DNA of 63,106 nt, counting the filler, from Reticulomyxa filosa (taxonomy: Eukaryota > Protista > Foraminifera), in NCBI GenBank assembly GCA_000512085.1. It is 21 parts of 21 records of this genome, joined end to end, with 100 filler letters (N's around TTAATTAATTAA, not from the genome) between each part and the next. Parts side by side here need not be neighbours in the genome. Positions count along the whole stretch, not along the records: positions 1 to 1,221 come from ASPP01019465.1; positions 1,322 to 2,806 come from ASPP01026792.1; positions 2,907 to 8,360 come from ASPP01002784.1; positions 8,461 to 10,681 come from ASPP01023109.1; positions 10,782 to 15,634 come from ASPP01000732.1; 16 more parts are not named here. One strand, given 5' to 3'. Both the position numbers and the translations under genes were made by a program. Below, one piece after another: positions 1-12,714 of the stretch; position 1 is the stretch's first letter, and each line of letters starts with the position of its first letter. The notes beneath the pieces were generated by a model, which saw only the letters and a program-made list of their open reading frames with translations, was not told the origin of the DNA and did no database searches.

Positions 1-1221
1 TATCAAATTAATTTTTTATAAGACTATGACAAACAAGTTGTCAATTTTTGGACTTTCTTATTCAAAAATTTTTGTTTTATTTTCTTCATTAGTACAATTA
101 CAATTAAGACTTATCTAGAATTATTTAGTTTTCAGTTACGTCAAAAGAAAAAAGTAACTCCAGCCAAGGATTTCCACTAAGGGAAGACAAAAGTGTTACA
201 TTAAATGTGACAATTAAACTTATACTTTTTGATAAATTAGTTCCATTTTTTTTTTTTGTCGTCTTCACTAGTTTTGGAAAATGAACAACAGCCCAATTTC
301 TAACTCTGTTGATGCTCTCTTGAAAAAATCTGTAAAAAAATCTTGTCCTTCTCGTAACAAACAAAGTGTGCTACTTTACCGTTAATTTTTTTGAGAAAGT
401 CTCACAAAGAGATTTGACACTCTTTATCCGACTCGTCTTTTAGTAACAAAGATTTTAATACATCCAGTTTCATTATATATTGCACGATATTGCTAAGAGT
501 ACTTCTTTGACGATGTGTCTGTATACACTTTCAAACATGTTACACTTTAATGCATCAAATGCAGAAATAAATAGGAAGTTATCTAGAACAAAACAAAAAT
601 CTATATTATTATGCCAAAGAAACAATGGTGCATCACAATATCCTATGTTCATTGAAGCAAAAAAAATAATAGATTTATTTTATTGACTGACTATTAATAC
701 GTTTGAAATTCGATAAAATAGACAATATTCTTAATGAAATTCAAAGATATGTTGCAATGATTTTACAAACAAAACATTTTCCATTCAATAAGTTCAGGCC
801 ATCATAAAGTTTTGGTGCTTCAACTAATGAAACAAAAAAAATCGGGGACATACATATCATTTTGTTTGTTGCATTTCCTTGTTCTCAAAAACATTTATTC
901 ATATTATATAATGAAATTTTTGTTGTAATGCAAAATGTTTTGATGATTGTATATCAGTATCTTCCAAAAAATAACAAATGATATGTCGCATTTTGCATTA
1001 TTTGTTATAAATATTTTCAAAGGAGTAATCGTAATGGCATTAGCTGAAAAAAGGACAAAAAGCAATTGAAATATAATTATCATTTTTTGCAAAGGAAAAC
1101 AAGAAGTTTTCTCTTCAGAAAAATTTTGCTCCATTTGAATTCGGTTGATAGTGTATAGCTCCAAATAAGTTGCACGCATTCGACTTGGTTCATTGAAATA
1201 ATCATAATCATTTATTAACAT

Positions 1222-1321
1222 NNNNNNNNNNNNNNNNNNNNNNNNNNNNNNNNNNNNNNNNNNNNTTAATTAATTAANNNNNNNNNNNNNNNNNNNNNNN
1301 NNNNNNNNNNNNNNNNNNNNN
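1222..1321. other. Artificial contig-joining linker N44-TTAATTAATTAA-N44 (first of 20)
   Basis: Identical 100-nt spacer with stops in all six frames. It recurs starting at 2807, 8361, 10682, 15635, 17111, 18325, 21624, 23776, 27545, 29506, 32060, 38752, 40587, 42370, 44384, 46236, 47924, 56409 and 61919. Confidence 0.99.

Positions 1322-1372
<51 letters not shown>
1322..1372. repeat. (TTA)n microsatellite encoding poly-Asn on the minus strand
   Basis: Perfect trinucleotide run. Similar runs occur at ~16709-16768, ~38189-38249 and ~53627-53695, all inside minus-strand ORFs. Confidence 0.95.
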
Positions 1373-1374
<2 letters not shown>

Positions 1375-1755
1375 GCTATTGTTGCTACTGTTGTTGTTGC
1401 TGCTATCATGGATGTATAACACCTTTCGATAATTCGGTGATTTACTCCACATATGTGTGTTTGCAATAGACGACATTGGGGAGGCTCTCTTCACTTTCGT
1501 CATATTGCTGCTCTCCAATTCCTTTCCATTGCCTCTTTCTACTTGCTTCTGGTTGCTGTCTTCTTCTGCCTTATCCATCTTTGACGACTCACTACGGCTA
1601 CTTTTGTTGCTGCTGTTGTTGCTCAGCTTTCCATGATGCTGTGACAACGCTTGGTCGTGTGTCGACATCGCTGATGCCGACGCTCCTGCATGACTCATCC
1701 TCCCTCCAGGTACTACTTCTTCTTTTCGAGGAATAGAAGTCAATTTTTTGCTCAT
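1322..1755 (-). CDS. 5' part of a low-complexity Ser/Asn-rich protein, truncated at the contig end
   Basis: ATG at 1755. GC-richer coding composition runs into an (AAT)n poly-Asn tract at the contig edge. No recognisable domain. Confidence 0.5.
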
Positions 1756-2906
1756 TGATTCCGTTTCTTCAATATAAATTTTTTAATTAATTAAAAAAAT
1801 AACAAATCGCTTTTATTGTTTTATCCTCTCTTTAAAAAGAACTGCACGTCTTTCAAAAAACAACTGGTCGTGTTACAGATTGTTAATGTCTTATATTTTT
1901 TACATGTAATATTTTCACTGACAAATGTTTCTTCTGCAAGATTCACAGAATACCTTTTTGAAATAGTCATAATAGTGTAAACGACATAAACTTTAATCCC
2001 TGAATTTTCAATACTCTTTTTTCTTTCGTGGAAAGTGATACCAGCCGCAAAAATAACATGAGAGTTTTGTTTTTTTGAGTAATTTCCAATAGAAAGCAAA
2101 TAAGTAACGTAAGAAAAAGAAACACAAGAAAACGAAACACAGAATTTCAGCTAAGGGGGTTTCCATGTTCCAATTGGAACTCCCCTTTACAGTCCCTATG
2201 GCACCATACGTTCTTTCCTCTTTGCTTCATCCAGGCAACATATGAGGTTGCCGACATTCGAAACTTGTTTGTGGCACTTTTTTGACTGAGAGTTCTCACT
2301 TAAAACACCGAGCGTTCAGACTTACACAAATATCTAACGATTTTAATGAACAAATAAATCTATTGAAAGCATTCTTCAACAAATCATCGCAATTTCCTAT
2401 TTTACTTTGTTTGCAGATTGCATAAATTTAAAACGCAAACAATTTTTTCAGATCCAACAATCGCCAATAAAAGCAGAATCGAATGTTTACATCTTGTCAA
2501 ACCCCAAAGTAATTCAATAAGTATTCCTTATATATTAACGAAACATTTGACATGGGCAAATTCAAGATACTGATTTAAACCATTACGTTTAACATAAGCC
2601 TAAACTTTATCGTAAATTGTCAATTAACGAAAAAACTATTCCAAATATAAAATTATATAAATTCTTTGCAAAAAAAAAGTTTAGTTATACTTCAAAACAG
2701 CAGCATTTAAAAAAACTCATAACAAGTTATAAATTTCTCCAAAACAGAAAAAAAAAAAATTTTAAAAAAAGTTCAATCAAAGGGACCTTACATTGAACTT
2801 TTCATGNNNNNNNNNNNNNNNNNNNNNNNNNNNNNNNNNNNNNNNNNNNNTTAATTAATTAANNNNNNNNNNNNNNNNNNNNNNNNNNNNNNNNNNNNNN
2901 NNNNNN

Positions 2907-5900
2907 GTTACAATGAATTAAATGAAAAACAAATCATTTCTCAAGCATTACAAATGAAACAAATCAACAAAGAGATAATCGATGTTATTCGTGAAAACAT
3001 TTCATTTGTATTTATTTTAGATGGATTTGATGAAATATTTGACAAATATGATAAAAATAAAAATAACAATAATAATGGAAGATATTTTCATGACCGATTC
3101 AATTTAAATGAATGGAATGCAAAATTTATAGTAACATGTCGAAGTCATGTATTAAGTGATGAAGATATTAAGCATGTTTTAATTGGTTCAAAAAATATAA
3201 CATCAATGATATATTTGTGGCCTTTTTCAAAGGAACAAACACATGGATATATTGATAAGTTTGTGAAAATGAATACAAAAAATAATATGAATGATAATTT
3301 AGATTGGACAATACAACAATATGAAACAACATTAGACAATTACCCAAATTTACATAAAATGATGGAAGAGCCATTTTTGCTTCAAATGATATTAACTGTA
3401 TTACCATCATTAATGAAACAACATCCAATTGGAACTAAAATATCAAAAGCTCAAGTTTATGAAGCATTCAATGAACAATGGATTGATATTCATGTGAAAA
3501 ATATTTCAAATAAATTATCAGAATTAAGGATTCAAATAAACCCCAAAAAAGTCAAATTATCATTTCAGCAATATTGTCAAAATCTAGGATTTGAAATGTT
3601 TATACAAGGAAATCAAGTTGCAACAGAAAATGATTATAAAGGATATAAAAATAATAACAAATTGGAGTAAATTAGATCCAACAATGGAAATGGAGATTAA
3701 ACATATGAATGAACAATTAGAGTTAAAAACAAATAAAGCTAAAACTATTGCAAAAACACAAGATACTTGGAGACAATATTTCAATGGTGATAGCATTGCC
3801 AAATATGTATTGAGAAGAATTGGTGATAATAAGTATCAATTTTTGCATAAGTCATGCCAAGAATATTATGCTTCAGAAAAAATCATGTTTGATATAATTT
3901 CATGGAAACCCAATGCTATTACAGTTGATAATCAACAATTTCAACGACAATTTGAACAATATGTTCCAAAATTATCTATTAATCGTAAATTATTAAATGA
4001 AGAATTAGGAATTATCCAATTTATTGCAGAAAGGATTCATGACAATAACACAATATTTGTAAATTTGAAATCAAGATTATTTAGGATCATTGAAGCATCA
4101 AAAAATAATGAAAATGTTAGTATTGCAGCAGCAAATGCAATCACTATACTCAATTCAGCAAATGTGAACATGCATAATCGAAATTGGAGTAAAATAAAAA
4201 TTCCTTATGCAATTTTAGATCGTGCATTTCTTGAAGGGACTAATTTTAGCAATGCAAATTTAGATCATGTGCATTTTTATCAAACTTGCTTAAACAAGGT
4301 CAATTTTACAAATGCATCAATGAATAATATTTACTTTGGAGAATATGCATATCTAGAAGGACATTCAAAGGGGGTAGATGGTGCTCAATTTTCGCCTGAT
4401 GGAACAAAAATAGTATCTTATTCAAATGACAAAACGATTCGAATATGGGATACATCCTCAAGAAAACAACTTCACGTACTAGAAGGACATTTAAATCTAA
4501 TAAATGCGGTTCAGTTTTCACATGATGGTTCCAAAATTGTGTCATGTTCACGGGATAGAACAGTTCGACTATGGGATATACTATTAGGTAAACAAATTAA
4601 AATTTGTGAAGGACATTCACGAAATGTGAGTTCAGCAGAATTTTCATCAGATGATTCCAAGATTGCATCTTGTTCGTGGGATAAAACTATTCGAATATGG
4701 GATGCATCATCTGGAATGCAAATTCAATTATTGGAAGGACATTCAGATTGGGTAACAAAAGTGCAGTTTTTACCAGACAATTCTAAAATTGTTTCATTTT
4801 CAAAAGGAACATGCATTCGAATATGGGATGTACTTTCTGGAACACAACTTTTACTATTAGAAGGGCATAAAAGTGGAATAACCGGAGTACAATTTACATC
4901 CAATGGATCCAAGATTATATCATTCTCAAAGGATAAAACTATTCGAATATGGGATGCATTATCAGGTCAACAACTTCAATTATTAGAACATACAAATTAT
5001 ATAAATGGAATTCAACTATCACCAGACGGTTCAAAAATCTTGTCATATTCAAGAGATAAAACAGTTCGAATATGGGATTTGTTATCTGGAAAACAGCTAC
5101 AAGTTCTAGAAGCATCTTCAAGCTTCGTGAATACAGCAAGATTTTCATTTGATGGTTCTAGAATTGTGTCCGGTTCAAATGATGGTACAATTCGACTATG
5201 GGATGTATCATCTGGAAAACAAATCCAAGTATTAGAAGGACATTCAGATATTATAACTGGTGTGGAATTTTTTCCAAATGAATCAAAAATTTTATCATGT
5301 TCAGCTGACAATACTATTCGAATATGGGATATATCTTTAGAAAGAAAAATTCAGTTAACAGAAGGATATCTAGATATCATAACAACAATAAAATTTTCTC
5401 CTGATGGCTCTAAAATTGTATCAGGCTCTGAGGATAAAAAAGTAGGATTGTGGGATGTACAATCAGGAAGACAAATTCATGTATTTGAGGGTCATTCAAA
5501 TAGTGTAAATGGGGTATTATTTTCGCCAGATGGTTCTAAAATTGTGTCCTATTCAAGTGATGAAACAATCCGAATATGGGATGTGCTATCAGGAAAACAA
5601 CTTCGATTATTGAAAGGACATTCAGATTCGGTGAACAAAGTACGATTTTCACCAGATGGTTCCAAACTTGTGTCATGTTCATCAGATAAGACAATTCGAA
5701 TATGGAGTGCATCATCAGGAAAACAAATTAAATTATTGGGTGGACATACTAGTATTGTAACTGATACACAATTTTTGCCAGATGGATATAAAATTATATC
5801 TTGTTCATGGGATCGTACAATTCGATTGTGGGATACATTATCTAGAAGTCAGCTTCAGATATTTCAAGGACACACAGATTTTGTAGAGGGGATACAAATT

Positions 5901-6503
5901 TCACCAGATGGTTCTAAATTTGTATCACATTCATCAGATAACACAATTCGACTATGGGATACATTATCTGGAAAACAAATTTTTTTATTCGAAAAAAATA
6001 AAGACGTAACCGAAATACGATTTTCTCAGGACGGTACTAAAATTGCGTCTTGCTCAAAGGATAAAACAATTCGATTGTGGGATGTATTGACTGGAAAACA
6101 AATCCAAATGTTTAAAGGACATTCCAGTGCTATACAAGGAGTTAAATTTTCATCAGAAGACTCTAAACTTATCTCATATTCAGATGACAAAACTATCCGA
6201 ATATGGGATGTGTCTTCAGGAAAACAAATTCAAGTATTAGAAGGACATAATGGATGCATTAATTGCGTTCACTTATCATCAGATGGTTCAAAACTAATGT
6301 CATGTTCTGGTGATAAAACAATGCGGTTATGGAGAAATAATAATGGTAAAATTGTTGATGTAAATGAGAGCAGTGCAGTGGATTATATTTGGAGAGTAGG
6401 TATTCAAAGTGGTTTATCAATGAAAGACAGTATTTGGAAGGACGCAGATGGTTTAGAAGAGCAACAAAAATTGCTTGTGAAACAACGTGGCGGATTATTT
6501 TAA
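2907..6503 (+). CDS. NACHT (STAND NTPase)-pentapeptide repeat-16x WD40 protein (NLR/NWD-like); 5' truncated, one frameshift at ~3659-3663
   Basis: Walker B FVFILDGFDEI, sensor-1 IVTCRSH, EEPFLL (GxP-like), winged-helix YQFLHKSCQEYYA, pentapeptides AILDRAFLEGTNFSNANLD, 16 GH..WD repeats at a 42-aa period, and C-terminal cap GLEEQQKLLVKQRGG. No introns seen. Confidence 0.93.
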
Positions 6504-7388
6504 TGCCTTTTTTGTTATGTGGTATATAATTTCATTCATGTCATTTGTTAAATAACAAAATAATTTCTTATCAAAATTGAATGGCAACTCCATAACTTTC
6601 ATTATCAGCATTTTTGGTGGATAATTACAAATGTAATTTTGATAAACAAAAAACAAATACAACAGACCAATAATATAAGTTTGTCACAACATCATCATAT
6701 AAAATTGGAATTTTTACATTCATTTATTTTCAAATTTGGTTCATTTTACTACTCTTTGTTTTATATTTCCATTATCATTCGTTTTTTGGAGCTATTTTAG
6801 ATAATCAATATTTTCTAGTACAGTTCTTGTATAGAATTCGATTATGCAAAAAAAAAATCTATTTTGAAATCGCCATCGTTGAGAAAAACTCGTTTTTTGA
6901 TTTTAGTCCTTTTCATTGGATATTTGATAAAAAAACAGAATGTGCTTTTTCCACATTCAATTTTTTTTAAAATTTTTTTTGAAATTTTTTTGTTTCATGT
7001 TTTATTCGAAAGCATTTATTAGTGCTATTCTTTACTTTTGTGTAATGCAAAGTCCATGTTGTTGGAAATGATATTTACTATAATTGTTTTGGTTTTGTTG
7101 CTGTGCATTTCAATTATTTGAAGAGCTTATGTCCAAGTTTTTATTCAAACATACAAATTTTCCTCTGTTTATGGACTGCTAATCAATTTTCGTTCATATC
7201 AATTCATACAATGTAATTCAAGTTGAATTATTGTATAATTTTTTTTACTAAAAAGTTTGTGAATAATTACTAATGAACAAACTTATGTGGACTGTTTTTA
7301 AAGATTATTAAAATAGAAATGAAGGATTAATCGCTGCAAGTTCATTTTAAAAAATGTGTAGCCATTTTTTTTAATAAATATACAAATT

Positions 7389-8265
7389 TCAACTTTCTTG
7401 TATTCTTTTCAATTTTGCAATTGCAGACAATGTTTTTTTATGATTGGCTCCAAATATTGCATGAAACTCGAATATAGTGTTTTCATAATTTTCAATAGCC
7501 TTGCTTTTGTTTCCAATTTTTTCATAAGCAATACCTAAACTCTTGTACAAATCTACATGGTCAATATACTCATCATACATATAAAATGTCTTGCAGAAAA
7601 TGCTCAGTCCTTTTTCGTGATAATAAATTGATTTTTCATACTCTCCTTTCTTTTGAAGTGTAATCCCGATATCATAATAAAGAAATCCAAAAGAATACAA
7701 GATATCAGGATTACATTCATTAAAATTAATCAAATTATCCTTCAATACTTTTATCTTAATATCTAATGCCTTCTCGTGATATTCTAAGGCCTTATCATAT
7801 AACTTAAGATGTCGACATATACGCCCAAGAATATACTGTGAGAGCATAGCACATGTATTATCCATTGTCAAAAAAATTTCCAAACTTTTTTCCAAAAACT
7901 TTTGTCCTTTTTCAAGCTGGTTTGTACGATAATAAGCAAAACCTAACGAAAAATACGTATGTGCAGCCGTTATTCCATAAACAGAATTGGACGCTTGTTC
8001 TAAATAATAAATGGCTTTATCATATTGTTTCAATTTAAAATATAAAGTACCCAGATTGTTGCAACAAGATTGAAAACGTGTACTACTCTTTGAACAAATT
8101 TTAAATTCTTTTTTGAAATAATAAAAAGATTTTTTTATTTCATCAGCTCGCAAATATGAATAACCTAGCATACAGTACAAGTTGGAAATCATGTAATAAT
8201 CTATATTTGGATTTGGATCTTGTTCTATTAAAAAGAGTGCATAAAGTAATATCCAATTATTGGTA
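7389..8265 (-). CDS. TPR-repeat protein (TPR_12 / kinesin-light-chain-like repeats); 5' end interrupted by a transposon terminus
   Basis: Repeats NNLGTLYFKLKQYDKAIYYLEQA, YDIGITLQKKGEYEKSIYYHEKGL and end motif IFGANHKKT. The frame stays open upstream of M8192 up to the TA at 8264-8265. Confidence 0.85.
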
Positions 8266-8360
8266 CAGTAAGATAAAAAAGAAAGTTGACATCTAAAATG
8301 CTACCTTATATAGATTATTGTGTTTCTACATGAAAAACAACATTTAATCAAAATTTTTTT
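8266..8360 (+). mobile_element. Terminus of a Tc1/mariner-type element or MITE (divergent copy)
   Basis: TA|CAGTAAGATAAAAAAGAAAG...GATTATTGTGTTTCTACATGAAAAACAACATTTA aligns with the reverse complement of 29606-29771. Confidence 0.6.
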
Positions 8361-8495
8361 NNNNNNNNNNNNNNNNNNNNNNNNNNNNNNNNNNNNNNNN
8401 NNNNTTAATTAATTAANNNNNNNNNNNNNNNNNNNNNNNNNNNNNNNNNNNNNNNNNNNNTTTTTTTCTCACAAACATTTTTGTTGTTACCCAAC

Positions 8496-8666
8496 CTGAA
8501 AGTATGTTCTACCACCTACTGTCCCATTGTGACTTCCTTTTCCTACCGTCAACTCCACTCCATACCAATGACCTGGCTTTCCCTCAACTGGACCTGAATA
8601 TCGAATGTAACCTTCCCGGGAATTTGAAATATGAACTCTGTCCCCGAGTTGGTATTGCATGGCCAT
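8496..8666 (-). CDS. First coding exon of a protein with an N-terminal CAP-Gly domain (dynactin p150/TBCE/CLIP-like); absent from the ORF track
   Basis: Translates to MAMQYQLGDRVHISNSREGYIRYSGPVEGKPGHWYGVELTVGKGSHNGTVGGRTYFQ, followed by a GTTGGG donor. Matches the CAP-Gly consensus G.W.GVEL...GK..G.V.G.RYF. Confidence 0.85.
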
Positions 8667-9156
8667 CTTGACAAAATGTCCAAGTATTACCTCCTAAAAA
8701 AAAAATCTTAATTTGTTTCCTCCTTTGACCAAACGTTTGTACTTTCTTCCGACACATCCACAAACTTGAGTCGGCATATTTGTGTTTATAGAGAAAATTT
8801 GTGATGATCATCAAATTATTTTATTTTATTTTTTTGCAAATTACTCAGACTTTAATGATCGTAATTTTTAAATAATTTTAATAATTTTTCTTTTGATAAA
8901 CATTTTACTAGATTTTTTAAATTCTTTTTTCTGTACAAGATGGACAAGTCTTTTAAAAACACAAAGTTTATTGAGAAAAAAATGCATAATCTCAAACGGA
9001 TGAAATTTTCATTTTTGGCTGTTGCTCTTATATTTTTTTGAGCCTACTAAATGCAATCCATTAGCAAACGAAGTTTGTTTATTTGAAAAAATAGCATGAT
9101 TCCCCCACGTAAGACTTTTGAAAAAACACAAACAAACTAGACAAGCACGAATCGCT

Positions 9157-10591
9157 TCAGAACTTATATAAATTGGAAGCGTTGAACATATCGACATCGC
9201 TCATTGAACTGAACATTGAACCACTGTTTCTTTTGTCTTTGTCGTTTTTGTTTGACTTTTGAGAAGAATGCTCGGAGTTGTACATTTGAACGACATCACT
9301 GGATTTGGTCTGTGACAAATCATACAGCAATATATTATCACTAAACTCTTTGGTGCCAATGGCCAAGTATCTGCCATCCACGTTCATTTGCATGGCCGTA
9401 ATGGCAACACGGCGAGAACTGGGATCGCATCGAGATAAGGGATTTTTATTTCCAGAAATTTTGCGCATCTTATTATTTTTATCAAAGGAATGCATGGTGA
9501 CCACACCCGACTCACCCCCAGCGATGACGTACGTGCCGTCACTACTGACACAATAGAACTCCTCTCCCGTGTTTTGATGAGCGAGCAATTTGCCACGATC
9601 GCCATCCCAGTGTTTGATCCACCCGTCGGTGGAGACACTAACGAACTCGAATTTATTTGGGATCCAGCACAAACGAGTGACCTCTTTTTCATGAGCTTTG
9701 GAAATGCTACGAATATGTGAACCTTTTTCACTCGATTTCGCGTCGTTGATTCGAGTATCATACAAAAAGATGTTGCCACTTTCGTCGCCGCTGCCAAATA
9801 TGTACGGAGATAAGAAGCTGCTCACGGTGCACCGTATTTCAGAGCGAGAAGAGGAATAGCTTGACAATGGCACACTCGATAAACCATCGGGTCTCCAACT
9901 CCAGATTTTTACGCTGGCGTCCCAAGAGCCACTACATAATGACAACATCGACGAGGACAGTGAAGACACACTCTGTTGATGGACCGTTAATTTCTGCAGC
10001 ACTCTACCTGTTGTATACATATATATATATATATATATAAATATATATGTATATATATGTATATATATATCAAATATAACCCACACCGGAAGCACTGTTG
10101 TACACATAAATGCCATTGTCCCAAGAGCCAGTCACAATCAATTGAAAATTTTCATTATCGAATGGCAGACAACAAGAGGACAGTGGATAATGTGAGATTT
10201 TGACGCTTCGAAGCGTGAGTTTCTTGGGCAGACAGTACATGGAGAGCGTTCCGTCGTGCGATGCAGAATACAAGAAAGTGGAATTGGTCGTGAAGCACAA
10301 GTCGGTGATTCGATGTGAGTGTGGGGAGATAACGGTGGTACTCCCGGCTGTTTCGTTGATCAGGTTTTGACGGCCTTTCGCTTTGCCCGCGCTGCCTTTG
10401 TCCATTGGAGTGTTGGACAGAGTGCCTTTGGTCGGCCCGGCCGTCGTCATTGGAGTGGACGACTCTCCACGAATCCGATGGTGCAGGACCGTCCACTTTG
10501 GAATGTTATTCGTCGAGGGAGCACTTTCGGAGGTTTTGGAGATTAGTGGTATTGGTTGCGATTTGGATAAAGAATCGGAGCGTTTCAAGGG
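9157..10591 (-). CDS. C-terminal WD40 region of a FAN/NSMAF-like BEACH protein (exons 10591-10087 and 10007-9157)
   Basis: HRITDLCF..FLYSASHDGTLSMY..LRSVKISHYPLSSCCL..IVTGSWDNGIYVYNSASG|RVLQKLTVHQQSVSSL..SGSWDASVKIW parallels the FAN WD region. The 79-nt GT-AG intron 10008-10086 restores the frame. Confidence 0.75.
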
Positions 10592-10781
10592 CTAAAGCAA
10601 AACAAATCAATTTAGTTTCTTTTAATGTCAGCTGTTACTCTTTGATATACATATATATATATATTATATTATATTATATATNNNNNNNNNNNNNNNNNNN
10701 NNNNNNNNNNNNNNNNNNNNNNNNNTTAATTAATTAANNNNNNNNNNNNNNNNNNNNNNNNNNNNNNNNNNNNNNNNNNNN

Positions 10782-11288
10782 GGATATACAATTTGTTCTG
10801 GATCATGGGATAATACCATTCGCATATGGGATATTGAAACAAACAAACAATCCAATGTATTCAAAGGACATAAAGATTGGATTAATAGTGTAAAATATGG
10901 ATCAAATAAATTATTGAATACAATATTATCTGGATCAGATGATAATAGTGTTCGTTTGTGGGATATTCGATCTGGCCAACAAATTCAAATATTCAATAGA
11001 CATACAAATTTTGTATTGTTTGTTGAATATTCACCATTTGTAATGAACAATAATATTGGTAATTCAAATGTGATATGTTCTGGATCATTTGATAATACAA
11101 TTCGTTTTTGGGATATTCGATCAAATAAAAATCAACTGTATATAATCAAAGGAGATGAGAAAGAAGATTGTGGAATATATTGTCTTAAATTTATTGTATT
11201 GAAAAAGAAAGATAAGACAAATGATGTTACATATAATTTAAATTTATGTTATGGTTCAGGCAAAGGTCCCATTCGTATTTGGGGATAA
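10782..11288 (+). CDS. C-terminus of a WD40-repeat protein (expanded lineage-specific family)
   Basis: ICSGSWDNTIRIWD, ILSGSDDNSVRLWDIRS and ICSGSFDNTIRFWDIRS; ends LCYGSGKGPIRIWG*. Close paralog at 44484-44985. Confidence 0.9.
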   Translation, partial: GYTICSGSWDNTIRIWDIETNKQSNVFKGHKDWINSVKYGSNKLLNTILSGSDDNSVRLWDIRSGQQIQIFNRHTNFVLFVEYSPFVMNNNIGNSNVICSGSFDNTIRFWDIRSNKNQLYIIKGDEKEDCGIYCLKFIVLKKKDKTNDVTYNLNLCYGSGKGPIRIWG

Positions 11289-12714
11289 TTTACTGTTTTG
11301 TCGAATAAGAAATGAAAGTGCTTTTGTTTGAAAAGTTTGAGTAAAAGAAAAGTACGAGGATATTAAACTTGTTTGATTTTATTGAATACAAGCATTGAAA
11401 GATGTTGTTAAAAAACATTAAAAAAGCTTTGTTCAATGTTTTTTAAAGAATTCACAAGCATAATAAATATTTCATCCAAATATCAAAATAAATTGCAAAG
11501 TGTTTCAAGTAGTATGTTTTCTTTATTGCAAATCGCTGCTAATTTTTTAAAATTAATTTTGTTTATGTCTGTTTGCTATTGTTTTTTGTATAGTATCGAA
11601 CACTCAAAGAGGATAAAGCAGAAAGATAACAGGGTGCATTATTAAAACAATATTTTTTTCTGAAGTAAGATATAATTGATCAGTAACTCAAAAATGAAAT
11701 CAGATAAATAATCCTTTAATATCTAAGGAATAGTTCACCTTTCTAAGCTGTAGCTTTATGCAAAGCGAATATATCCTTCATTATATCATATTCTATACGC
11801 TTTTACATCGCTTGGGCATGTAAAATAACAAAAATATTATTTTAACAATAATTTAAGAAACAACAAAATTCGGCTTAATATTAAATTGAAAGATCAAAGA
11901 AACGATATCACTGAAAATCTCTGAAAACAAAGTTGTTGAAAAAAAATTATTCTAAAAATTTGTTTAAATTCATTCCTTATGTTTTGGCAACAAGATATTT
12001 TTAACAAAGGAAAAAAAAGATCAAAAAGGTTCATTCAAGTTGTTATTCCCAAACTAAATTAGGCCCTTGGTTAAACCTCATTTTTATTTAATTTCTTTTT
12101 TCAATTATTCAATTTCACTAAGTTAATTGTCCAAATTAATCAAATATTTAAATGTTCATGTCTTTTACTCCCTTTAAAATCACATACATTCTCTACATAA
12201 ATTTCTGCTACACCATTGCTGGCCAAAAAACTAATACTCCAGTCTTTATATCTTTTTTACTAAATTAACCATCTTCAACTACACAAAAGAGTTACAAAAA
12301 ATAAAAAATAAAAATAATCAAAATAATTATCAAAACAAAATGCACAGCAAATGAATGCACTTCAAATAAACTATTAAAATACTTTCAGCTTTTAAAGTCC
12401 TTAAAAATTTTGTAGATTAGATCAGCGATTCATCCTCAACAATCTATCAAGTAAACTTGTTCGCTGATCAAGATAACATTGTAATAATCAACAATCAAAA
12501 AACTAGCATAAGTAACGCACAAAACGTCAGTTGTAATGCAATTGCATACAAATAAGACTGAAAAAGTTCATTCGCAATTAATATCCTCAGACGACTCGTT
12601 AGTCTCCCCCAATAATATACTGTCGTGTCAAACCTCTATCTATTTTCGACACAAAACAAAATTACATAAAAGTTGATCGAAATTAAATTACAACATCTAT
12701 TGCATACACACATA

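Noticed and set aside
700-1221. Possible TRAF zinc-finger pseudogene on the minus strand
   Set aside because: Only scattered Cys/His residues across broken frames.
12214-12240. CATTGCTGGCCAAAAAA similar to the nematode Tc1 terminal repeat
   Set aside because: No flanking TA, no partner repeat and no transposase nearby; may be chance.
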